From: Candidatus Omnitrophota bacterium
Lineage (GTDB): Bacteria > Omnitrophota > Gorgyraeia > Zapsychrales > Fredricksoniimonadaceae
DNA: 64,000 bases
Assembly (NCBI GenBank): GCA_013287965.1
Contig: JABDCU010000002.1
Coordinates: 27,133 to 91,132, forward strand
Direction: 5' to 3'
Shown here: one piece after another, positions 37,731 to 45,721 of the stretch
Position numbering within the stretch: position 1 is the stretch's first letter
Layout: every line of letters begins with the position of its first letter
Made by a program: the position numbers and the translations under genes
Notes under the pieces: generated by a model
What the model saw: only the letters and a program-made list of their open reading frames with translations
The model's database searches: none
Told to the model about the DNA's origin: nothing

Positions 37731-38377
37731 TGGGTCAAATCCGTAAGATCAACGATGTTTATTATATTGAATTCTACGCCCGCGGGTTGCTTTACTCACA
37801 GCTTGCCGGCGATGATATAGAGGAAGCCCAAAAGCTTTTAGAGCGGGTGGAAAAAAAGATCGCCGGCGGTGAAGCGCTGACCATCGCCCGTCACATAGAC
37901 CTGCCGGATTTTTTTGAGCGCTTCCTGGCTGAAGCAAGAGGGCAGCATGGCCCCAAAAGTACCGCGCGATTTGACAGCACCATCAAACATTTCAGCACTT
38001 TTCTGGCTAAAGATTTTCCTCAAGTCCTTCAATTGGCCCAGCTGACGCCTGCCATCATTGAATCGTACAAAGCTTATTTAACCAAAACACAAAAAGCAAA
38101 GATCGTTAACCTGACCATCCTTTTGGTCAGGGATATTTTGGAATTCGGCATTAAATTGGGATTTATTAACGATAATCCCAGCTTGCATGTGCGTTTATTG
38201 CCCTGGCCCAAGGCAATGGCGAGAAAGCCAACAGCCCGTTATGAGATAGCCAGGCAATTATTACCTAAAGCTACCGGCTTGGGTAAGCTTGCCCAATTAT
38301 TAAAACTCCCGGACATCTCCCGTGCCATGTACTATGCCGATTTAATCCCTTTAAGCAGGCAAGAGGCGTATCAATGA
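37730..38377 (+). CDS. Stand-alone phage-integrase N-terminal (SAM-like core-binding) domain protein; no catalytic domain
   Basis: INDVYYIEFYARG..., FLERF..., TIKHFSTFL..., LTPAIIESYKAYL... resembles the integrase arm/core-binding half. 215 aa with no R..HxxR..Y catalytic region. Start overlaps the upstream stop (TGATG). Confidence 0.55.
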   Translation: MGQIRKINDVYYIEFYARGLLYSQLAGDDIEEAQKLLERVEKKIAGGEALTIARHIDLPDFFERFLAEARGQHGPKSTARFDSTIKHFSTFLAKDFPQVLQLAQLTPAIIESYKAYLTKTQKAKIVNLTILLVRDILEFGIKLGFINDNPSLHVRLLPWPKAMARKPTARYEIARQLLPKATGLGKLAQLLKLPDISRAMYYADLIPLSRQEAYQ

Positions 38378-40209
38378 ACACTCTGCGTTGGCTGGTCCTT
38401 ATCCTTTTAGGTTTGGCGATCTATGCCCAGACATTCGGGTTTGGTTTCGTTTTCGATGATAATTTTTATATACTTGATACTTCCTATATTAAAAGTTTTG
38501 ATGCGATCAGCCCAATATGGGCCATTCTTCCCAAGACCCGCCTGGTGGGTATCTATTCCTTCGCATGGAATTATAATATTGGCCAGTTAGACCCGCGCGG
38601 GTATCATATTTTTAATTTTTTGGTCCATCTTTTAGCGGCAGGGCTGGTGTGGGCTTTGGCCGCGTTGCTTTTTAAGATCGCGGGAGGGAAGTCAAATAAA
38701 CCGCTTCTTCAAGAGCTCCCTTTTTTTATCGCGCTGCTGTTCCTTGTCCATCCTTGCCAGACCCAGGCCGTGTCCTATATTTCCCAGCGTTTTGAATCCA
38801 TGGCCGCTGTATTTTATCTCGGTAGTATTTATTTTTATCTACGCGGACGGACAGCATCTTTAAGGGCAGATAAGGTTTTTTTATTCACCTGTTCCGTCGG
38901 ATTTTCTCTCCTTGGGATATTGACTAAAGAGACGGCGGTGACCATTCCTTTGATGATCTTGGCAGTCGAATTCATTCTCTTTAACAGGGTCCCTGTAAAA
39001 TCCAAAAAATCCTCGCCCCGGCAGCCGTACCTGCTGATAAGTATTTTAGGCGTCCTGTTTGTTCTTTTATTGATGAAAATGGTACGGACGGATTTTTTCA
39101 ATATCTATTTCCATTTTTCCGCTCCTTCAGAATCTCACCAGGGCGACATGATCACCGGCGGCAGGTATGTCCTGACCCAAATGCGCGTCTTTTTGACTTT
39201 TTTACGGCTATTAATATTTCCTATCAATCAGAACGTAGACTACGATTACCCATTATCAACAGGGATTCTTGCCCCGCCGCTGACCTTAGTGGGGCTTTGC
39301 CTGATTGGTTTTATTATTTTTTTGATCTTTAGATTACGCAAAGAATGGCCATTGATCGCCTTTGGCCTGGCGTGGATCCTGATCACCTTTTCCATCAACA
39401 CCGCTCCTCGTGTTAATGTGATCTTCGAACATAAATTATACCTGATCTCATTCGGATTTTTCCTGGCAGCAGTGTGTGCCCTATCAACGGTCATTAAAGA
39501 CCGTAAGATTTTATTTGGGATTTTGATCACGCTTATTGCTGTCTTGTCTTTAGCCAGTTATAATCGCAATCAAGTATGGAAGAGTGAGCTGACTCTCTGG
39601 AGTGATGCCGCCCGGAAATCGCCCCATAAAGCAAGGCCCTACAGCAGCCTTGGTGTTGCCTATGGCATGCAAGGTGATTTTGTCCAAGCGTTGCAAAATA
39701 TCAATAAAGCCATTACTATCAATCCTAATTATGCACAAGCCTATAATAATCGCGGTAATACCTATTCTAAATTAGGCAATTATACCCAAGCTATTCTGGA
39801 CTTAAACAAGGCCATTGCCATAAAGCCTGATTATACGCAAGCGTATACTAATTTAAGCGAGGTCTACGATAAACGTGCTACTGTTTCTGCCCAGCAAGGT
39901 AATTTCACCCAGGCCATGCCGGATTTTAATAAAGCCATAGAAATAAACCCCGGGCATGCAGAATTTTATGTAAATCGCGGCACTTGTTATGCCCAACAAG
40001 GGGACCTTGCTCAGGCTTTATCGGATTACGGTAAAGTCATTGCCATCAATCCTGATTATGCAGAGGTGTATTACAATCGGGCGGTCACCTATTATCAATT
40101 AAAAAAATACGATAGGGCTTGGAAAGATGTTCATCGAGCAGAAGAATTAGGGGCTGCTGTTAACCTTAAATTTATTAGTGTGCTAAGAAGAGTATCTGGT
40201 ATAGAATGA
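38374..40209 (+). CDS. Polytopic membrane protein with C-terminal TPR repeats (TMTC-like / GT-C-type glycosyltransferase candidate)
   Basis: About 10 hydrophobic segments with an early FVFDDNFYI motif, then at least six TPR units (AYNNRGNTYSKLGNY..., etc). ATGA overlap. Confidence 0.6.
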   Translation: MNTLRWLVLILLGLAIYAQTFGFGFVFDDNFYILDTSYIKSFDAISPIWAILPKTRLVGIYSFAWNYNIGQLDPRGYHIFNFLVHLLAAGLVWALAALLFKIAGGKSNKPLLQELPFFIALLFLVHPCQTQAVSYISQRFESMAAVFYLGSIYFYLRGRTASLRADKVFLFTCSVGFSLLGILTKETAVTIPLMILAVEFILFNRVPVKSKKSSPRQPYLLISILGVLFVLLLMKMVRTDFFNIYFHFSAPSESHQGDMITGGRYVLTQMRVFLTFLRLLIFPINQNVDYDYPLSTGILAPPLTLVGLCLIGFIIFLIFRLRKEWPLIAFGLAWILITFSINTAPRVNVIFEHKLYLISFGFFLAAVCALSTVIKDRKILFGILITLIAVLSLASYNRNQVWKSELTLWSDAARKSPHKARPYSSLGVAYGMQGDFVQALQNINKAITINPNYAQAYNNRGNTYSKLGNYTQAILDLNKAIAIKPDYTQAYTNLSEVYDKRATVSAQQGNFTQAMPDFNKAIEINPGHAEFYVNRGTCYAQQGDLAQALSDYGKVIAINPDYAEVYYNRAVTYYQLKKYDRAWKDVHRAEELGAAVNLKFISVLRRVSGIE

Positions 40210-41534
40210 CCCATTTAGAGATGAAAACCATGCGATTGCCACGAGCCATTTTAGCAGTTTTTGGGATATCATTTGTTTATTGGGTTTATCTGGCTTTGAG
40301 GTGGAGCTTTTGTTCTGACGTTATTGGATATAAGGAATTAGGCGGCATATTCTACCGCCATGGGTTGATTGGTTATGCAAGTACAGGCCTGCATCGTGAA
40401 CCGCTTTATCCTTTCTTGTGTTCTTTAGCAATGAGTATACAAAGTTTGAGCGGTATTACGTTCACGCATGTCATGGCAGGCTTCAGCGTCCTGATACTGG
40501 TGATAACGCAAATTCTTATGTATATCATTTTGCGGGAATTAAATATCCGCACCTGGGTTTGTTCTTTGACCCTTCTTTATTGGGCTTTATCCACAGCGAT
40601 CACCAGCTCGGCTTTCAACATGTTGTTATTTTGTGAAATTATTACATATCCATTCATCACAGCGGCAGTCATTGCCGGTTACTATGGATGGAAGGCAGTA
40701 AAGGAAAATAACAAAAAGACGGCATGTTGTTGGGGGGCAGTCACTGGTGTTATGTTTATGGCCTTGACTTTTGTCAAAGCTGTTTTTGAATGTATTTGTC
40801 CGCTGTACCTTTTATTTTTTATGGTACTGTGTCTATTTAAGAATAAAATATCTACTTCTCTTGTTTGCTTCCTGGCTGCCGCAGGGATATTATTTTACGT
40901 CCCTGTTATTGGTTATAAATCTTTGAATAAAATTTATAACGGAAATTATGCCATTGCTGACCGTGGTCCAAACACTCTTTATGGCGTTGCGGCCCACAGA
41001 ACATTCCCGTTTAATTTTAGAAGCTATCTGGCCAAACTCACTTCCGTGGCAGGGGATGATGTCTGTATCAAATATTTTAGAGAAGAAGAATGCTCTTACT
41101 GGAGCTGGCATCTAACGGATGCGCTGGGTGCCGATAAAATGAATGAATTGAAGAGGGCCGGCTTACCTCCTCAGATCGTTACAGAGGATCTTTTAGGGCT
41201 TTCTATAGAAAAAGTGATAGGTAATTTGCCCAAATATACTTTATTAACAGCAACAGAAAGTTTGAAAGCGTATTTTTGGGAAGGAACAAATGGCCTTATT
41301 CCATTGCATTTTATTATGGCAATACTAACATTTTTTTCTATGTTTTATTGCTTTTTATTGTTTAAAAGTCTTCCTGATTTGATGAAACACGTGCTGGCCA
41401 TCATTTTATTTTTTATTTTCTTTAATTCTCTTTTTGAAGTTTCACAACGTCATTTTCTTCCGGTCGTTCCGTTGTATCTGCTCGTTATAGGCTACGCTTT
41501 TAATTCATTTTTTAGAACAGTCAGGAATTTTTGA
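40206..41534 (+). CDS. Polytopic integral membrane protein, function unknown (possible GT-C-like)
   Basis: 442 aa, many hydrophobic segments. ATGA overlap with the upstream TPR gene. No motif recognised. Confidence 0.5.
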   Translation: MTHLEMKTMRLPRAILAVFGISFVYWVYLALRWSFCSDVIGYKELGGIFYRHGLIGYASTGLHREPLYPFLCSLAMSIQSLSGITFTHVMAGFSVLILVITQILMYIILRELNIRTWVCSLTLLYWALSTAITSSAFNMLLFCEIITYPFITAAVIAGYYGWKAVKENNKKTACCWGAVTGVMFMALTFVKAVFECICPLYLLFFMVLCLFKNKISTSLVCFLAAAGILFYVPVIGYKSLNKIYNGNYAIADRGPNTLYGVAAHRTFPFNFRSYLAKLTSVAGDDVCIKYFREEECSYWSWHLTDALGADKMNELKRAGLPPQIVTEDLLGLSIEKVIGNLPKYTLLTATESLKAYFWEGTNGLIPLHFIMAILTFFSMFYCFLLFKSLPDLMKHVLAIILFFIFFNSLFEVSQRHFLPVVPLYLLVIGYAFNSFFRTVRNF

Positions 41535-41591
41535 TTTTAAAAATAAAATATGGATTTTATAAGTATATTAAATTAAAGTAGTTGCGATCCT

Positions 41592-41679
41592 GGAGAGGTG
41601 GCAGAGTGGCCGAATGCGGCGGTCTTGAAAACCGTTGCCTCGCAAGGGGCCGTGAGTTCGAATCTCACCCTCTCCGCCA
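41592..41679 (+). tRNA. tRNA-Ser (anticodon UGA), CCA encoded
   Basis: Acceptor GGAGAGG/CCTCTCC, anticodon loop CTTGAAA, long variable arm, T-arm GAGTTCGAATCTC, 3-prime GCCA. Confidence 0.9.
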
Positions 41680-41792
41680 TTAAAAATAACGTGTCGTAAG
41701 TGCTTGACTTGACACGTGATAATAAATATGTTAGTCTTTAGATAGGCGTTTGTGACTGTCTTGTGACATTACAAAGCCGAAAGGAGATTAAC

Positions 41793-42824
41793 ATGGCTGT
41801 TTATAAGCGCGGTAAAATATATTATGTGGACATTCTTCTTCCCGACGGTAAACGCCATAGGAGGAAGGCTGGGCCTTCAAAAGAAGTAGCGGAAAACATC
41901 CAGAAGGATATGGAGGTCCAGAAGGCCAAAGGGGAATTCGGCTTTCTTCCTAAGGACAGTGATTTACCTCCGTTGTTTGAGGGATACATTGAGAAAACCA
42001 CGAACGACAACTCCCCGAGTACAGTAACGCGATATAAGGGTATTATAGAGAATTTTAAGACCTTCCTGTCTAAGAGATACCCGCACGTTTCAAAACACTC
42101 CCACCTTAAACCAGAAATATTTGAAAAGTATAAAACCTATCGCATAGGGCAAGACGCCAAACCAAAGACAATCAATATTGAGCTTCAGACCCTTAAGTCT
42201 CTGATGATCTGGGCCGTTGGTCAAGGCCATGCAAAGTCCAACCCCGCCCAAAACGTAGAGACGATAAAGATCAAAAAAAGGCTTGAGGGTGGCCGCTGGT
42301 TGACTTCGGAAGAGGTTGATAAGCTCTTGAAGCTTAGTAATGAATGGCTTTATCCCATTTTTTACACCTTTATCTACTCTGGGATGCGTAAGAGTGAATT
42401 AGAAAATCTTACATGGGATGATATAGATTTTGCACGCCGTATTATTAAAATCCGTATAAAGGATGACTGGACCCCAAAGACTGACGAGAGGGACATACCG
42501 ATAAGTGATGATTTATTAAAGTTACTTCAAAAGCAAAAGAAGAAAGCCATAGGCTCTTTAGTCTTCCACGATGGTGAGGGCAATAAGATTGATGAGAATA
42601 GGCTGCGTCGAAATCTTATGAGTGTCACCAAGCTGGCAGGCTTCCCTGATGTAACCAAAATCCACTCACTCCGTCATACCTATGGAAGTCACTTAGCGCA
42701 GCAGGGTGTTCCTTTGCCTGCAATTCAGAAATTCATGGGCCACGCGAATATTCAGACCACAATGGTGTATGCTCATTTGGCTCCTGGTTACAGGCCAGAT
42801 GTAGTCAAGAATTTAAAATTTTAA
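41793..42824 (+). CDS. Tyrosine-type site-specific recombinase/integrase
   Basis: N-terminal AVYKRGKIYYVD arm-binding-type start, SAM-like middle, catalytic R (GMRKSEL), HSLRHTYGS, and GHANIQTTMVYAH containing Tyr. AAGGAG RBS. Confidence 0.92.
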   Translation: MAVYKRGKIYYVDILLPDGKRHRRKAGPSKEVAENIQKDMEVQKAKGEFGFLPKDSDLPPLFEGYIEKTTNDNSPSTVTRYKGIIENFKTFLSKRYPHVSKHSHLKPEIFEKYKTYRIGQDAKPKTINIELQTLKSLMIWAVGQGHAKSNPAQNVETIKIKKRLEGGRWLTSEEVDKLLKLSNEWLYPIFYTFIYSGMRKSELENLTWDDIDFARRIIKIRIKDDWTPKTDERDIPISDDLLKLLQKQKKKAIGSLVFHDGEGNKIDENRLRRNLMSVTKLAGFPDVTKIHSLRHTYGSHLAQQGVPLPAIQKFMGHANIQTTMVYAHLAPGYRPDVVKNLKF

Positions 42825-42847
42825 AGAGTTTGAGTTGGTGGAAGAAG

Positions 42848-42880
42848 TACGCGATTAGTGCGCGATTAATGCGTGATTAT
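42848..42880. repeat. Three tandem 11-bp repeats downstream of integrase
   Basis: TACGCGATTAG / TGCGCGATTAA / TGCGTGATTAT, head to tail. Confidence 0.8.
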
Positions 42881-42984
42881 GAAAAAAGGTACGCAGTATA
42901 CACGTCTGTCAGGGATTAGTAGAAAATCAAAAGAAGGTGTTTGAATTTTGTGATATATTATTGAATCTCTTAAAGGAATTTTAA

Positions 42985-44367
42985 ATGACTTACCGTGAAT
43001 CCGAAATAGTCGAATTTAAGAAATCCACTGCTGAATTGAAAGAAGCAGTTTTTTCTATTTCCGCCATCTTGAATAAGCACGGTCAGGGCGAAGTGTATTT
43101 TGGTATTAGAGATGACGGTACGGTTGTCGGTCAGATGGTGGGTAAGGGCACCATTAAGGACGTGACCCAGACTATCACAGACAACCTTGACCCCAAGATT
43201 TTTCCTAAAATTGAGCAAAGAAAAATAGAAGGCAAGGATTGTATCGTCGTTGAATTTCACGGCGTCCATCAGCCCTATTTTGCCTATGGACGGGCGTATA
43301 TGCGGGTCGGGGAATCCGATAAACATTTGACCGCACGGGAGATTGAACATTTTATCCGAAAACAGAAACGATGGTTATGGGAAAATGAAGTCTCCAACAA
43401 GAAATTAACCGATGTTAATGCCGCAACGGTTAAGGAGTACATGCGAAAAGCCAATGCGGCCAAGCGCATTAATTTTAAATACACCGACGTAAAGACTACT
43501 TTAGGAAAGTTGGGATTATTGGTAGGTGGAAAATTGACCAAGGCCGCCGAGGTTTTGTTTTGCAAGAATACTCCTATTGAAGTCCAGGCCGCTGTCTTTG
43601 CAGGGACAGATAAAAACACCTTTTTAGACATAAGTAAGTTTGAGGGAAATATTTTTAAACTGCGTGAAAGGGCCGAGCTATATCTTAAAGAGCATATCAA
43701 ATGGCGTGTTGAAATCGAAAGCGGCCCCAGGAAGGAGATTCCTGAAATCCCCGTTGACGCCATTCGTGAGGCCATCGGTAATTCATTATGCCATAGAGAT
43801 TATACCGACCCCAAAGGTGTTGAGGTTGCCATTTTTAAAGACAGAGTTGATATTTACAACCCAGGAACATTCCCCGAGGAGTTGTCTCCCGAAGACTTTA
43901 TTAAAGGCGGCGGTTATTCCATTTTACGAAATCCTTTAATCGCAGAGACAATGTATAAGTCCGAGGACATCGAGAAATGGGCCAGCGGATTAAAAAGAAT
44001 TTATGATGAATGTAAGTTGGTTGGCGTCAAAGTCGAATTTAAGCAAGTCAAGACAGGTTTTGTTGTGTCATTTAGGCGACCCAAATGGGAAGAAGGAAAA
44101 GGTTTGGAGGTAGGTGGTCAGAAAAAGCAGTCAGAAAAGGTGGCTGGAAAAGGTTCGGAGGAAGTGCGGAGTAAATACGGAGAAAGTGCGGAGAAAGTCT
44201 ATTTATCCATTCAAGCCAATCATTTTATTAAGACCCATGAAATAGCAAAGCAAACCCAATTATCGCAAAGAACAGTTGAGAATGTTATTTTAAGGCTAAA
44301 AAGAGGCCGATTCCTAAAACGTATTGGCCCTGATAAAGGCGGCCATTGGGAAACTATAAGCACATAG
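42985..44367 (+). CDS. AlbA_2 (Schlafen-like) DNA-binding domain + HATPase_c_4-like + C-terminal wHTH protein
   Basis: ESEIVEFKKS...GEVYFGIRDDGTVVG (AlbA_2), AIREAIGNSLCHRDY (ATPase-like), C-terminal LSQRTVENVILRLKRGRFLKRIG. Architecture often annotated as a RecG-like or transcriptional regulator protein. Confidence 0.75.
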   Translation: MTYRESEIVEFKKSTAELKEAVFSISAILNKHGQGEVYFGIRDDGTVVGQMVGKGTIKDVTQTITDNLDPKIFPKIEQRKIEGKDCIVVEFHGVHQPYFAYGRAYMRVGESDKHLTAREIEHFIRKQKRWLWENEVSNKKLTDVNAATVKEYMRKANAAKRINFKYTDVKTTLGKLGLLVGGKLTKAAEVLFCKNTPIEVQAAVFAGTDKNTFLDISKFEGNIFKLRERAELYLKEHIKWRVEIESGPRKEIPEIPVDAIREAIGNSLCHRDYTDPKGVEVAIFKDRVDIYNPGTFPEELSPEDFIKGGGYSILRNPLIAETMYKSEDIEKWASGLKRIYDECKLVGVKVEFKQVKTGFVVSFRRPKWEEGKGLEVGGQKKQSEKVAGKGSEEVRSKYGESAEKVYLSIQANHFIKTHEIAKQTQLSQRTVENVILRLKRGRFLKRIGPDKGGHWETIST

Positions 44368-44372
44368 GGAAT

Positions 44373-44807
44373 ATGACTCGATGGGATTTATTAAATAATT
44401 TAATGATGTCAGGTGAAGATCGACAAGCCATCGGTAAGGCGTGGCCTTTGTTTTTCTTCTTGGTTTTTTATAGTGGCAGATCCAATAAATATGTGACTAA
44501 CTATGCAGAGCTAAAAGAAAAGTTGAAAGAGAGTTCAAATACAATTAAAGCATGGCGGGATCATTTGGTGAAGAATAAAGTGGTACAAGTTTTTAGGGGA
44601 AGCGCATCCATGAGTTTCGTTTTTCTTCCACCGTATGCTTCTTTAGTGACTTGTGAGCAGGATGATATTACGCAGGTTAAAATGGTCGGTGATCCGGCCA
44701 CCAAACGTTTACTTGAGAAGCTTTCTTTGTATAATAACATGTCTTTACTTCCTATCGTTGCGGAACTTAGCCAGAAAATTACTAATATTGAAAAAAAGAT
44801 TGGATAA
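44373..44807 (+). CDS. Hypothetical protein (possible wHTH)
   Basis: 144-aa ORF starting 5 nt after the AlbA_2 gene stop. No recognisable motif. Followed by a terminator. Confidence 0.5.
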   Translation: MTRWDLLNNLMMSGEDRQAIGKAWPLFFFLVFYSGRSNKYVTNYAELKEKLKESSNTIKAWRDHLVKNKVVQVFRGSASMSFVFLPPYASLVTCEQDDITQVKMVGDPATKRLLEKLSLYNNMSLLPIVAELSQKITNIEKKIG

Positions 44808-44832
44808 ATAGAAGAGACATTATACCAACACA

Positions 44833-44869
44833 AAAGGGCTCTCTGATACACAGAGGGCCCTTTCTTTTT
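44833..44869 (+). terminator. Rho-independent terminator
   Basis: AGGGCTCTCTG-ATACA-CAGAGGGCCCT stem with one mismatch, followed by TTCTTTTT. Confidence 0.75.
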
Positions 44870-44920
44870 ATATGAAGGAGCGGTAGAATACTACAACTTT
44901 CTAAACAGAGAAGATTAAAA

Positions 44921-45721
44921 ATGGTGAACAAATTTATTAATTTAAATGAAACGGAACTAGATCTTCCTATTTATCGATATTTGACCATCCCAAAATTATT
45001 TTCTATGTTGTCTTTTGGGGCTTTATGGTTTCCTAAATTAAGAATTTTACAAGATCAATTTGAAGGAGGGCTAACTGTTCCTACAGAAGTTTTAATGAGG
45101 CAAAAAAATGAGGAAATTAAGGGTTTTTTTAATACACCTGATGCCCATCAGCAGATAGATAACTGGCCTAATAAAAATGTTGAAGACGGACGGGAATTGA
45201 CTCTTGTTAATTGTTGGTTTTTGGGGCCCGACGAATCTTTGGCTATGTGGGATGAGTATGTTGGATCTAAAACAGAGGGAGTTGCCGTTAAATCCACGAT
45301 AGGAAGATTGATACAAAATGTGGCAACCATGAAAGAGGTGTCTGAAATTGGGAAGATTAAATATGTGGATTTCTCGAAACACGAAATGGGTTTATATGAA
45401 GCTCATCAAGCTTGCGAAAGAGCTTTTATAAAAGATTTAAAGTACAGCCATGAACGAGAGGTAAGAATTTCTACCATGAGCTTTAAACATCCCTATTGTG
45501 TCGATATGAAAGGACGCCAGTTTACACCGGAAGAGTGCTCAGGCAAGAATATGAATAATTTTGATCAAGATGGACTTTATATTTTGATAAATCTTTCTGG
45601 ATTGGCTTCATCCATCATAATGTCACCCTACTCTTCAGATTGGTGTAAAAACACCGTTTCTCGAGTACTTGAGTTATCTAAATTAAATATACCTATAGAA
45701 AGATCAAAATTAACGTTATGA
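44921..45721 (+). CDS. DUF2971-like protein, upstream partner of the TIR gene
   Basis: LPIYRYLTIPKLFSMLSFGALWFPKLRILQDQFEG, LVNCWFLGPDESLAMWDEYVGSKTEGVAVKS and HEREVRI match my recollection of the DUF2971 pattern. ATGA overlap with the next gene. Confidence 0.6.
   Translation: MVNKFINLNETELDLPIYRYLTIPKLFSMLSFGALWFPKLRILQDQFEGGLTVPTEVLMRQKNEEIKGFFNTPDAHQQIDNWPNKNVEDGRELTLVNCWFLGPDESLAMWDEYVGSKTEGVAVKSTIGRLIQNVATMKEVSEIGKIKYVDFSKHEMGLYEAHQACERAFIKDLKYSHEREVRISTMSFKHPYCVDMKGRQFTPEECSGKNMNNFDQDGLYILINLSGLASSIIMSPYSSDWCKNTVSRVLELSKLNIPIERSKLTL

Noticed and set aside
41781-41795. Shared AAAGGAGATTAACAT sequence upstream of the integrase and ohr start codons
   Set aside because: It is a 15-nt match consisting mostly of a consensus RBS and spacer, too short to infer common origin. 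By contrast, the 28-nt ohr / DJ-1-family match is reported as a finding.
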